From Alphaproteobacteria bacterium (GTDB taxonomy: Bacteria; Pseudomonadota; Alphaproteobacteria; RF32; CAG-239): a stretch of DNA of 64,000 bases. The notes under the pieces are model-generated. The model saw only the letters and a list, made by a program, of their open reading frames with translations, had not been told where the DNA came from and made no database searches. The DNA lies in the NCBI GenBank assembly GCA_028706255.1, contig JAQWBS010000001.1, positions 344,563-408,562 of the forward strand. The letters are read 5' to 3'. Below, one piece after another: positions 43,233-54,345 of this stretch. How positions within the stretch are numbered: position 1 is the first letter of the stretch; each line of letters opens with the position of its first letter. The position numbers and the translations under genes are program-made.

Positions 43233-44111
43233 ATGAATTGGTTAAGAGACTTTGTGAGACCAAAAGTTAAAAAAGCGGTTTCAACGAAAGATATTGCAGA
43301 TAATTTATGGTGTAAATGTCCTGCTTGCGGACAAATGCTTTTTTCAAAAGAATTGAAAAAGAGTATGTATGTTTGTACAAACTGCGATCACCACTTGCGT
43401 CTTTATCTCGACAAACGTTTGAATATGTTGTTTGACAATGGCGAATATAATGAAATTTCATTGCCAAAAATTAAAGATGACCCTTTGAAATTCAAAGACA
43501 CAAAAAAATATACTGATAGACTCAAAGCTTATCGTAAAGAAACAGGCAGAGAAGATGCTATTATTGTTGCTCAGGGTGATATCGGCGGTGTGACTTCTGT
43601 TATTGCGGCAATTGATTTCAACTTTATGGGTGGTTCAATGGGGCAAGCCGTTGGCGAAGGTATCGTGAAAGCTGCAGAAATTGCAATTAAAGGAAAATGT
43701 CCATTGATTACGGTTGCAGCTTCTGGGGGAGCAAGAATGCAAGAAGGAATGCTCTCTTTGATGCAAATGGCAAGAACAACAGCTGCTGTAAATTTGGTTA
43801 AGGAGAATAAGCTTCCGTTTATTTCTATTTTAACTGACCCAACAACAGGTGGTGTTTCAGCTTCTTTTGCAATGCTTGGTGATGTTCATATTGCTGAAAA
43901 GGGTTGCTTAATTGGATTCGCAGGGCAAAGAGTGATTGAGCAAACAATTAGAGAAAAATTGCCAGCCGGATTTCAGCGTGCTGAATATCTAAAAGAGCAT
44001 GGTATGGTTGATATTGTTGTTCGTCGTGATGAGATGAAAGACGAGTTGGTTAAGGTCATTAGTATCCTGATGCACAAAAAACCAAACTTAAATCGCCTCG
44101 CACTAAAATAG
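43233..44111 (+). CDS. accD: Acetyl-CoA carboxylase carboxyltransferase subunit beta
   Basis: It has the zinc ribbon CPACGQ...CTNCDHH and the carboxyltransferase motif GGSMG. Confidence 0.9.
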   Translation: MNWLRDFVRPKVKKAVSTKDIADNLWCKCPACGQMLFSKELKKSMYVCTNCDHHLRLYLDKRLNMLFDNGEYNEISLPKIKDDPLKFKDTKKYTDRLKAYRKETGREDAIIVAQGDIGGVTSVIAAIDFNFMGGSMGQAVGEGIVKAAEIAIKGKCPLITVAASGGARMQEGMLSLMQMARTTAAVNLVKENKLPFISILTDPTTGGVSASFAMLGDVHIAEKGCLIGFAGQRVIEQTIREKLPAGFQRAEYLKEHGMVDIVVRRDEMKDELVKVISILMHKKPNLNRLALK

Positions 44112-44117
44112 AAAAAT

Positions 44118-44146
44118 AAAAAAGCCCATTTTGATGGGCTTTTTTT
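44118..44146 (+). terminator. Rho-independent terminator after accD
   Basis: The hairpin is GCCCAT-tttg-ATGGGC, followed by TTTTTTT. Confidence 0.8.
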
Positions 44147-44246
44147 GAACATTTTTTTAGTGAAGAAGGGATTAAATTTAAGCTTTCTTAAACATCATGT
44201 GCCAAAATGCAAAGTAGAAAATTATTCATCGAAAAAGGAATACAGA

Positions 44247-45743
44247 ATGTTAGTTTTGAAGCACCTGCCGATTAGCTCTTTTAATGAAAATGTGGCTTAT
44301 ATTCATAAAGACTGTGTAGCCTATAATACTGAAGAAATCAAGGCATTATCCAAAATTGAGGTGCATGGTGGTGCAAAGAATATTTATGCTTTTTTGCAGG
44401 TGACAGATAGTGAAAAACTGGTTAAGCCGAATGAGCTGGCTTTGAATGATGAGGCGTTTCAGCAGATAAATTTGCCTGAAGGGGCAAACGTTTCCCTGAC
44501 AGCAGCATCTAATCCGCCAAGCTTGAATTCCATTAAAAGAAAAGTGATGGGTAATATTATTAGTTCAAGTGAATATGGCTCAATTATCAATGATATCATT
44601 GCGCATCGCTATTCAAATATGGATATTGCTTCCTTTTTAGTTGCAAGTGGGTCATTTATGAGTGCACCAGAAGTGCTTTCCCTTACAGAGGCAATGATTG
44701 GAGATAAACTCATTAAGTGGGATAATGAAAACATTGTTGTTGATCATCACTCCTTTGGCGGTGTCCCTGGGAATAAAACAGATTTAATTATTACCCCAAT
44801 TGTGGCGGCTTACGGATTACCAATTCCTAAAACAGCCTCTCGCTCACTAACCTCTTGTGCAGGGGTGGCAGATACAATGAGTGTATTGTGTAATGTGGAC
44901 ATTGATGAGAATAGTTTTAAGAATAATGTTCGTGAAAACAGAGGCGCAATTGCCTCTTATACGCAATTAGACATTTCACCTGCTTGCCGAATTATCTCTT
45001 CTGTGGAAAGACAAATTGGCATTACGAGTTTAGAACATATTGCTTCTTCAATTCTTTCTATTAAGATTGCGGCGGGTGTTACGCACTTGCTTTTAGATAT
45101 TCCTGTTGGAGTTAATGCACGTCTTCGAACGACGGGTGAGGCGATGAGAATTAGAAAGCTTATGGAATATATTGGAGATATGCTAGGTATTCATGTTGAT
45201 GTTGTTATCACAGATGGCAGTGAGCCAATTGGCAATGGCATTGGTGCTGTTTTAGAAGCCAGAGATGTGATGAAAGTTTTGAGAAATAAAGACGATGCTC
45301 CTGAGGACTTAAGAGAAAAATCTTTATTCCTTGCTGGTAGAATTTTAGAGTTTGATCCAAAGCTAAGAGGTGGTCATGGTTATCAAGTTGCTAAAGAAAT
45401 TTTAATGTCAGGACGTGCTTTGGAAGCAATGAATAAAATCATTCATTCTCAGGGGAAATCTTCACAACCTCAACTGGGTCATTTAACCAGAGATATTGTT
45501 GCTGAAAACTCAGGGGTTATTGAAAAAATTGACACTTCAAGAATTAATAAAATTGGGGTGTGGGCAGGTGCAGGAAAATATCAAGGTGCAGGTCTGGATT
45601 TGGTTAAAAAAGTTGGCGATTTTGTGGAGAAAGGTGAGGTTATTTACCGTATCCACTCTGTCAATTCAACAGACTTTGCCTTTGCAAATTCGGTCATTGA
45701 CGGACATAGTGGCTATGAAATTGTCAATAAAAACGCATATTAA
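44247..45743 (+). CDS. Thymidine phosphorylase family protein (AMP-phosphorylase-like, ~500 aa form)
   Basis: HHSFGGVPGNKTD aligns to the TP motif (D)KHSTGGVGDK. It has a C-terminal alpha/beta domain. The ATG at 44247 follows the RBS AAGGAA. The upstream part of the tracked ORF overlaps the accD terminator. Confidence 0.65.
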   Translation: MLVLKHLPISSFNENVAYIHKDCVAYNTEEIKALSKIEVHGGAKNIYAFLQVTDSEKLVKPNELALNDEAFQQINLPEGANVSLTAASNPPSLNSIKRKVMGNIISSSEYGSIINDIIAHRYSNMDIASFLVASGSFMSAPEVLSLTEAMIGDKLIKWDNENIVVDHHSFGGVPGNKTDLIITPIVAAYGLPIPKTASRSLTSCAGVADTMSVLCNVDIDENSFKNNVRENRGAIASYTQLDISPACRIISSVERQIGITSLEHIASSILSIKIAAGVTHLLLDIPVGVNARLRTTGEAMRIRKLMEYIGDMLGIHVDVVITDGSEPIGNGIGAVLEARDVMKVLRNKDDAPEDLREKSLFLAGRILEFDPKLRGGHGYQVAKEILMSGRALEAMNKIIHSQGKSSQPQLGHLTRDIVAENSGVIEKIDTSRINKIGVWAGAGKYQGAGLDLVKKVGDFVEKGEVIYRIHSVNSTDFAFANSVIDGHSGYEIVNKNAY

Positions 45744-45774
45744 GTAAAAAAACAGCAAAAAAACAAGCAAAACC

Positions 45775-45803
45775 CTTGCGGTCTAAAAAAACTATGACTA
45801 TAT
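45775..45803 (+). promoter_or_regulatory. Candidate sigma-32 (RpoH) heat-shock promoter of dnaK
   Basis: CTTGCG-N17-CTATAT matches the alphaproteobacterial RpoH consensus CTTG-N17-CYTATNT. It lies ~80 nt upstream of the dnaK ATG. Confidence 0.55.
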
Positions 45804-45879
45804 GAGTCAATAGTTAAAAGGATACGTCAATAAATATACAAATATAAAAAAGAAAACAGATAAAAAGGAAGATGAGAAT

Positions 45880-47775
45880 ATGAGCAATAAAGTAATTGGC
45901 ATTGACTTAGGAACAACAAACTCTTGTTTTGCAGTTATGGAAGGTGGAGAAGCCAGAGTTTTGGAAAACAGTGAAGGTGCGAGAACAACGCCTTCAATGG
46001 TTGCCTTTACAGACACTGAAACATTAGTGGGCTTTCCAGCAAAAAGACAAGCTGTGACAAACCCTGAAAATACGCTCTTCGCAATTAAGAGATTAATCGG
46101 TCGTCGTTTTGATAGTGCCGAAGTTAAGAAAGACAAAGAGCTTGTGCCATATAAAATTGTTTCTGGTGACAATGGCGATGCTTGGGTGGAAGCAAAAAAC
46201 ACTAAATATGCACCATCACAAGTTTCTGCAATTGTTTTGCAAAAAATTAAAGAATATGCAGAAAGCTATTTGGGTGAAAAAATTGAAAAAGCTGTGATTA
46301 CTGTTCCAGCATATTTCAATGACAGCCAAAGACAAGCTACAAAAGATGCTGGTAAAATTGCAGGGCTTGAAGTTTTACGTATTATCAACGAGCCAACAGC
46401 TGCAGCTTTGGCATATGGAATGGATAAACAAAAATCTGGCACAATTGCAGTTTATGACCTTGGTGGTGGAACATTTGATATTTCCATTCTTGAAATTGGT
46501 GACGGCGTGTTTGAAGTTAAATCAACAAATGGGGATACATTCTTGGGTGGTGAAGACTTTGACCAAACAATCGTGAACTATTTGGCAGATGAATTTAAAA
46601 AAGAATCTGGCATTGATTTGAAGAATGATAGACTTGCTTTGCAACGTTTGAAAGAAGCTGCTGAAAAAGCGAAAATTGAGCTTTCTTCAACCACACAAAC
46701 AGACGTGAACTTGCCATTTATTACGGCTGATGCCACAGGTCCTAAGCACTTGAATATTAAAATGACAAGAGCAAAATTAGAGTCTTTGGTTGACAGTTTG
46801 ATTGAAAGAACAGTTGCGCCATGTAAGAAAGCAATGGAAGATGCTGGCTTGAAAGCAAGCGAAATCAGCGAAGTTATCTTGGTTGGTGGGATGACGAGAA
46901 TGCCTAAGGTTCAAGAAAAAGTGAAAGAAATTTTTGGAAAAGAACCTCACAAGGGCGTTAACCCTGATGAAGTTGTTGCGGTTGGTGCTGCAATTCAAGG
47001 TGGTGTGTTGATGGGTGATGTGAAAGACGTTCTTTTGCTCGACGTGACCCCGCTTTCTTTGGGTATTGAAACTTTGGGCGGTGTGTTCACCAGATTAATC
47101 GACAGAAACACTACGATTCCAACACGCAAATCTCAAGTTTTCTCAACAGCTGAAGACGGACAAACAGCGGTGACAATTAGAGTGTTCCAAGGGGAACGTG
47201 AGATGGCAGTTGATAATAAATTGCTTGGTCAGTTTGATCTTATCGGAATTCCTGCTGCTCCTCGTGGTATGCCACAAATTGAAGTGACATTTGACATTGA
47301 TGCAAATGGTATTGTGAATGTTTCTGCAAAAGACAAGGCAACAAATAAAGAACAAGCAATTAAGATTCAAGCCTCTGGTGGATTGTCTGATTCAGATATT
47401 GATAAAATGGTAAAAGATGCCGAAGCAAATGCTGAAGTGGACAAGAAGAAGAAAGAACTTGTTGAAGCGAAGAACCAAGCTGAAAGTTTAATTCATACAA
47501 CTGAAAAAACAATCAAAGACTTGGGAGATAAAGTTTCAGCAGCCGACAAAGAAGCAATTCAAAAAGAAATTGGTGCTTTGAAAACAGGTCTTGAAGCTGA
47601 AGATTTGTCAGTGATTAAAGAAAAGACTGAAAGCTTGATGCAAGCCTCTATGAAGCTTGGTGAAGCAATGTATAAGCAACAACAAGCTGAGCAGCCTCAA
47701 GGCAATGCAGAAGGCCCTTCTGCGGGCAATAAAGACGATGGTGTTGTTGATGCTGACTTCGAGGAAGTGAAATAG
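45880..47775 (+). CDS. dnaK: Chaperone DnaK (Hsp70)
   Basis: It has the Hsp70 signatures [18 protein letters not shown] and [11 protein letters not shown], and the C-terminal EEVK. Confidence 0.97.
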   Translation: MSNKVIGIDLGTTNSCFAVMEGGEARVLENSEGARTTPSMVAFTDTETLVGFPAKRQAVTNPENTLFAIKRLIGRRFDSAEVKKDKELVPYKIVSGDNGDAWVEAKNTKYAPSQVSAIVLQKIKEYAESYLGEKIEKAVITVPAYFNDSQRQATKDAGKIAGLEVLRIINEPTAAALAYGMDKQKSGTIAVYDLGGGTFDISILEIGDGVFEVKSTNGDTFLGGEDFDQTIVNYLADEFKKESGIDLKNDRLALQRLKEAAEKAKIELSSTTQTDVNLPFITADATGPKHLNIKMTRAKLESLVDSLIERTVAPCKKAMEDAGLKASEISEVILVGGMTRMPKVQEKVKEIFGKEPHKGVNPDEVVAVGAAIQGGVLMGDVKDVLLLDVTPLSLGIETLGGVFTRLIDRNTTIPTRKSQVFSTAEDGQTAVTIRVFQGEREMAVDNKLLGQFDLIGIPAAPRGMPQIEVTFDIDANGIVNVSAKDKATNKEQAIKIQASGGLSDSDIDKMVKDAEANAEVDKKKKELVEAKNQAESLIHTTEKTIKDLGDKVSAADKEAIQKEIGALKTGLEAEDLSVIKEKTESLMQASMKLGEAMYKQQQAEQPQGNAEGPSAGNKDDGVVDADFEEVK

Positions 47776-47848
47776 AAAAAATAGTCCAGAGAACTATTTT
47801 TCTGTCTTGATATCAAAAAAACACTCCTAAAAAAGGAGTGTTTTTTTG
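47776..47848. terminator. Two tandem hairpin terminators after dnaK (second one bidirectional)
   Basis: The first is AATAGT-ccagaga-ACTATT+TTTT. The second is ACACTCCT-aaaaa-AGGAGTGT, flanked by A-runs and T-runs. Confidence 0.75.
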
Positions 47849-47864
47849 ATTTTGCGAAAATTGA

Positions 47865-48263
47865 TTAAGCAAAAATAGGAATAGCGAGTAATACAGCATC
47901 TGCATTATCAATAAAGAAGGTTTCTTTATCAAAAGAAAACTCTGCAAAATGATGGTCTCCAACGCCATTAGAAAAAGTGAGAATTAAAATCTCAAAGGTA
48001 TCCTTTGCATTTTCAGGATTCTCTAAAACAATTTTCTGTCTGGAAATTTGCTTATAAAAAGCCTTCTCTTTTGTATTCATAATTAATGCACTATGATTTC
48101 CTTCTGAAAAAGCTTCTAAAATATTAGCAAAAGTTTTGAAATAAGAAAATTCAAGGCTTTCCTCATCTTTAGGGAAGGGAATTGAACCGATAAACGTCCG
48201 CAAATCCATAGGGCTTGAAAGAGAAAGGTTTAATTCCATCAGTTTTTTTCTACTTTGTTCCAT
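47865..48263 (-). CDS. Hypothetical protein (132 aa)
   Basis: It is an ORF only. There is no clear RBS and I recognise no family. Confidence 0.3.
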   Translation of the reverse strand: MEQSRKKLMELNLSLSSPMDLRTFIGSIPFPKDEESLEFSYFKTFANILEAFSEGNHSALIMNTKEKAFYKQISRQKIVLENPENAKDTFEILILTFSNGVGDHHFAEFSFDKETFFIDNADAVLLAIPIFA

Positions 48264-48421
48264 AATGTTTATTTTTAAGTTTATAATGATGTTTAGAATA
48301 ATAAATTTTGTTTTTTAATATCATAATTTAAATTTATTGTAAACGGATAAAAACTTTGAACAAAGTTGTTGAGATAATCGTTATAGATTATGTAAGGAAA
48401 TTTTATAGAAGGATTATCAAA

Positions 48422-48799
48422 ATGAAAAAGATTCTCTTGGCACTTTTAATCGTTATGTTTTCAACAAATATTGCTATTGCTCGTCCAATGCACAATAATA
48501 ATCCTCATCGAGGAGGCGGGTATCATCAAAAAGCTCCAGTGGTTATTAAGGAAAAAAGAAGCAAGGGAGATGTTTGGGCAACAGGGTTGATTTCTGGGAT
48601 TGCAGGGTTTGTCATCGGGAGCAATCTTTCCTCCTCACAAAACTATTACGTTGACACCCCAAGATATAATTCAACGACAACAATTATCAAAACAAACCCT
48701 GAGCCAAATTGCGTCACAAACTATGACAGATGGAACGGAACAACCACCACAACATGCCGTTCAACGCCTCAATATAATAATGTTGTTATTGTGCAATAA
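48422..48799 (+). CDS. Small secreted/membrane glycine-zipper protein
   Basis: The ATG at 48422 follows the RBS AGAAGGA. It has a signal peptide, then a G..IAG..IG glycine-zipper segment and a T/N-rich tail. Confidence 0.5.
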   Translation: MKKILLALLIVMFSTNIAIARPMHNNNPHRGGGYHQKAPVVIKEKRSKGDVWATGLISGIAGFVIGSNLSSSQNYYVDTPRYNSTTTIIKTNPEPNCVTNYDRWNGTTTTTCRSTPQYNNVVIVQ

Positions 48800-48812
48800 C
48801 GATAAGATTACG

Positions 48813-48842
48813 AAAAAGCCTCCCAAAATGAGAGGCTTTTTT
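48813..48842. terminator. Bidirectional rho-independent terminator
   Basis: GCCTCCC-aaaat-GAGAGGC is flanked by A-runs and T-runs. It serves both convergent genes. Confidence 0.7.
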
Positions 48843-48860
48843 AATCACAAAATGTGAAAA

Positions 48861-50024
48861 TTATTTAATGTAAATATGAACTTCAGGATATTCAGCTGTT
48901 GCTGAAGATTTTGCTGATAAGGCAACATTTTCAGGATTTACACCAACTTCAACCACTTGTTCAAAAACTTCCGTGGCATAGTTTCTAGCTTTTGAGCGGT
49001 CAGCAGAAGTTGCTTCTGTTGGGGTAACTGCAACAATATCAAATATCATATCTGGTTTCGCTTTCAAGCCACCAGCAATAGCACGGTTAAGTCCGTCTTT
49101 ATAATCAACATTGCTTTTGTTGAATTTTGCAACAAATAAAGGCTTGGTTGAAAAACCAGTGTTTACAGGGCTTTTAACTGTTGAAGAAGTGCTGTTATTT
49201 GAAAGATATGAAGTTTCTAGAGGAGAAACCTGAACAGGGGTTGTTGGAACGCTTTTAACAAATCCGCCACTGAAATTTCCCACTCTCACAGGTCCTGCAA
49301 GGCTATCAATTGTTTGATTTGCAGAAAGAACATATTGTTGTTGACGAGAATAGTCACTGTTGATTTCATTCAAAATGTTGCTAAGTGTTGTGCTTGTTGC
49401 TTCAGCGTCTTTTTGTAAGGCTTTAAGTTGCGCATGGTCTTCATCGACAGCACCAGAAACCGTATATGCGGTTTGAATTGAATTCAAAATATATGATGTT
49501 GTCACGAGGTCAGAAGCAACTCTTGTTGAAAGTTGGTTTAACAAAATTGCATCTTCATTGAGACTTTGAACGCTTCCTTGAGCAGACTGCAATGCGGCAA
49601 CAACATATGGGTTACCTGGAGTTGTTCCTGCTTGAAGTTTTGTTTCAATCAGATTAATCGAGTCGCTATATTTTGAAGCGTTATCAAAAGCAGAATGTCT
49701 GATATTTTGGAGGTCGCTATTGTGTTTGTTCACAGAGCCTTGCAGGGATGTGAGTTCAGAGCGAAAAGCAATCACTTTCTGACCAACAAATGTTCCTGTT
49801 GCTTTACCTTGGCTGATGTCAACAGCTGAAAAGTTTGAAGTTCCCAGATTTGGTAAATTTGTATTTTTACTTGAAAGACGGGAAGAGCCGGAAGTTGTCA
49901 TTGCTGGTTTTGTTTCCGCAGATTTTGAAGAGCTTGGAAACAGGGTATCATTACTAAAGGCACAGCCATTTAAAAGCAATAAGCTTAGCGAAAGAGATGA
50001 TAATCTAGAAACTAGTTTTTTCAT
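48861..50024 (-). CDS. S/T-rich lipoprotein, unknown function
   Basis: It has a lipobox-type signal (LLLLNGC) and a low-complexity Ser/Thr-rich mature region. It is 387 aa. Confidence 0.55.
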   Translation of the reverse strand: MKKLVSRLSSLSLSLLLLNGCAFSNDTLFPSSSKSAETKPAMTTSGSSRLSSKNTNLPNLGTSNFSAVDISQGKATGTFVGQKVIAFRSELTSLQGSVNKHNSDLQNIRHSAFDNASKYSDSINLIETKLQAGTTPGNPYVVAALQSAQGSVQSLNEDAILLNQLSTRVASDLVTTSYILNSIQTAYTVSGAVDEDHAQLKALQKDAEATSTTLSNILNEINSDYSRQQQYVLSANQTIDSLAGPVRVGNFSGGFVKSVPTTPVQVSPLETSYLSNNSTSSTVKSPVNTGFSTKPLFVAKFNKSNVDYKDGLNRAIAGGLKAKPDMIFDIVAVTPTEATSADRSKARNYATEVFEQVVEVGVNPENVALSAKSSATAEYPEVHIYIK

Positions 50025-50227
50025 TGATAAAACCTTTTAAAAAATAAAAAGATAAAAAATATATATCTATCCTTCTTTTTAGAGGCAATTTACCTAAAAG
50101 ACAAGAAAGATTTTCTATTTTTTGCATAACTAAGCACTTTATATCACGAATTATTTTAATTTTTATTAAAAAATTGCTTGCCAAACGGAATAAAAAGAGT
50201 TATCTATGCTTTGAATTTAGCGAATGT

Positions 50228-50304
50228 GCACCCGTAGCTCAACTGGATAGAGCACCTGACTACGGATCAGGAGGTTAGGGGTTCGAACCCTCTCGGGTGT
50301 GCCA
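50228..50304 (+). tRNA. tRNA-Arg (anticodon ACG)
   Basis: A cloverleaf was parsed by hand. The acceptor stem is GCACCCG/CGGGTGT. The D-arm is GCTC-AACTGGATA-GAGC. The anticodon stem is CCTGA/TCAGG, and its loop CTACGGA reads ACG. The T-arm carries TTCGAAC. CCA is encoded. Confidence 0.85.
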
Positions 50305-50310
50305 TATAAC

Positions 50311-50340
50311 AAAAACCCTCACTTGTTGAGGGTTTTTGTT
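50311..50340 (+). terminator. Rho-independent terminator after tRNA-Arg
   Basis: The hairpin is CCCTCA-cttgt-TGAGGG, followed by TTTTTGTT. Confidence 0.8.
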
Positions 50341-50553
50341 ATATGGTAAATCTAAAAGTTCGAACCCCGTTAAAAGGGGTTTGGAGTCGATAGTTGGTGA
50401 TTGGCGAGCCGTTAGGCGAAGACAGAACCTTACGAGACGAAAGGGGCCCACTGCGTGCAGTGGGAATTTACTACCCTCTCGGGTTTACATAAGCATCTCA
50501 AGTCTGATTTTTTCATTTTAAAACAAAAAAAAACCATTACGGTCAATTAAAAA

Positions 50554-50763
50554 TTATCTTCTGAAACCTTCGGGGCAACATTTGGAGCAACCAATCGCTC
50601 GCCCGAAGCGTTTGAGGGCATATTCTTTCGCTTCTTTGAATGTTTTGAAGCGCCCAAGAAACTCTTTGTTCTTAACTTTCTTTAGACGGGAGCAAAAATC
50701 TTTATGTATTTCTCGTTCCCCTGTTGTTGGGTTTGCTTCTTTATCAATATAGAAGTAGTACAT
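50554..50763 (-). CDS. Small conserved hypothetical protein with C-terminal GCxxCC motif (69 aa)
   Basis: The start at ATG 50763 (MYYFYIDKE...) follows the RBS AGGAGAGAGG. Its pattern H..FC..L...N.EFLG.F.....A...A......GC..CC resembles a small hypothetical-protein family that I recall only loosely. Confidence 0.5.
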   Translation of the reverse strand: MYYFYIDKEANPTTGEREIHKDFCSRLKKVKNKEFLGRFKTFKEAKEYALKRFGRAIGCSKCCPEGFRR

Positions 50764-50840
50764 AGCCTCTCTCCTATAATAATGATATCTATTATCAATA
50801 ATACCATAAAAAAGGGAAAGAGTCACGTAGTTTAGATAAA

Positions 50841-50868
50841 TAAAAAGCGGCTAAATAGCCGCTTTTTA
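50841..50868. terminator. Bidirectional hairpin terminator
   Basis: The palindrome GCGGCT-aaat-AGCCGC is flanked by TAAAAA and TTTTTA. It terminates the minus-strand small peptide gene. Confidence 0.7.
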
Positions 50869-50882
50869 TAGATTTTTCTAAA

Positions 50883-50990
50883 TTATTTCTTAGAAGCAGG
50901 TTTTTTGCTAGAAGCTGTTGCTGCAGGTTTAGCTGCAGGAGCAGTTTTAGAAGTAGAAGCAGATTTATTATTTGTTTTAGCGTTTGCCAT
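50883..50990 (-). CDS. Unannotated small basic peptide (35 aa): MANAKTNNKSASTSKTAPAAKPAATASSKKPASKK
   Basis: The ATG follows the SD AAAGGAATTTTTACA. A terminator lies downstream. It is a paralogue of the 33-aa ORF at 22563-22664. Confidence 0.55.
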   Translation of the reverse strand: MANAKTNNKSASTSKTAPAAKPAATASSKKPASKK

Positions 50991-51235
50991 TGTAAAAATT
51001 CCTTTTATAAAAACATTGTTTAATTAAAAAGGAGCTCTTGTGATTGACTAAAGTTACTTCGTTTTAAACTTCAGCTCATAACATAATCAAGAACAGAAAG
51101 TTCCTCGCTTTTCAAAATAAGAAGAGTCGCGACCATCTTCCTACTTATGTTATTTAAGCAAAGATATTTTAAAATTAAAGAGAAATAAGAGATAAATATG
51201 AAATTTTTTCAAAAAGATTAGATTTGCTTGGTTTC

Positions 51236-51270
51236 AAAAAAAATAGCCTGTTGATATTTTTTTCAACAGA
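51236..51270 (-). terminator. Rho-independent terminator after TRL lipoprotein gene
   Basis: On the minus strand the stem CTGTTGA/TCAACAG is followed by a run of 8 T. Confidence 0.6.
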
Positions 51271-51301
51271 CTATTTTTCATATTAAGCATGGTAAATTAA
51301 A

Positions 51302-51727
51302 TTACTTTTGAGTAAAGCCTTTAATTGTACCTTTGTAAGCACTTACAGTAACTTTAACTTTTTTGAATACGAAAAAATCTTCGATTTCTGTAATGTATGT
51401 AGGAGCTACGAGAACGTCAGCACCAGAAGATTTCATAGCTTTGTAAGCTGCTGCTGATTTAACTGCACCAGTTGTGTCGAGAAGGTTAAGAGCACCTTGT
51501 CCAGCGTAAGAAACGCCGTCAGCAAATTTAGAATCTTCGCTAAGTGTGATGAATCCAAAAATTACATTAGCAGAAGAGTCTGCAGTAACTTTTTGACCAA
51601 CTTGAACGTTTGCAGATTGATTTGTGTAAACGTTAGCTTGAAGAGCACCAGCAGGAACACCTTGATTCAAAGATGCACAACCTGAAAGACCTAGAGCAAC
51701 AGTAGCCAATAGAGCTAATTTTTTCAT
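51302..51727 (-). CDS. TRL (tRNA-associated locus)-like family lipoprotein
   Basis: It has a lipoprotein signal (LGLSGC). The mature domain is ~120 aa and rich in small residues. Its size, composition and position beside a tRNA gene are typical of TRL-domain proteins. Confidence 0.55.
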   Translation of the reverse strand: MKKLALLATVALGLSGCASLNQGVPAGALQANVYTNQSANVQVGQKVTADSSANVIFGFITLSEDSKFADGVSYAGQGALNLLDTTGAVKSAAAYKAMKSSGADVLVAPTYITEIEDFFVFKKVKVTVSAYKGTIKGFTQK

Positions 51728-52078
51728 TATTAAGTTCCTTTGTTTAGTAATATTAACGTTAAATAAGTCCTATTAATAAAGGACGTCATATTGAATGAAC
51801 AATATCTCCGAGCGTCTAACTCGTAACTATCAGACATCTATGAGAGATAGCTGACAAAAAGCTAACAAAGGCCAAGATTTTTTGCTATTATGACTTTAGT
51901 AAACATTTTGCAAGAGGAAAGAGTGTATAATGATAAATAGTTCATTATTATCAATCTGTTAGATTGAGTTTTGTGAGTATAAAAAAAGAGGTGTTTTTTT
52001 GTTAAGATGAAGAAGCTTGTGGACAAGTTAGGGGGATTAAAAAAGGCTATATCATTTTTTGACATAGCCTAATCATTT

Positions 52079-54118
<2,040 letters not shown>

Positions 54119-54345
54119 TTAATATCAAAATTAAAAACAAAAATACAGTATTTTTAAAAAAATTGTTGCAATTATATGAATAACCATATAAAAAGGCTCT
54201 CGAAAGCAACTCAGGTGAGTCGTTTTCTTATAACACATGCAAAGCTGGCGACGTTGGGGAGTTCCCAAATTTCTCGCTCTGGTGCTCCGAGAGGAGTTTT
54301 TTACTTTGCAGAGGATTAACCGGAAAATATAAGGATATAATAAAT

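Noticed and set aside
50341-50500. Possible two-piece (permuted) alphaproteobacterial tmRNA next to tRNA-Arg
   Set aside because: The segment has a T-loop-like GTTCGAACCCC. It has no CCA-terminated acceptor strand after it, and no tag reading frame of the ANDN...LAA type. The two matching pieces are better explained as fragments of the adjacent tRNA-Arg 3' end.
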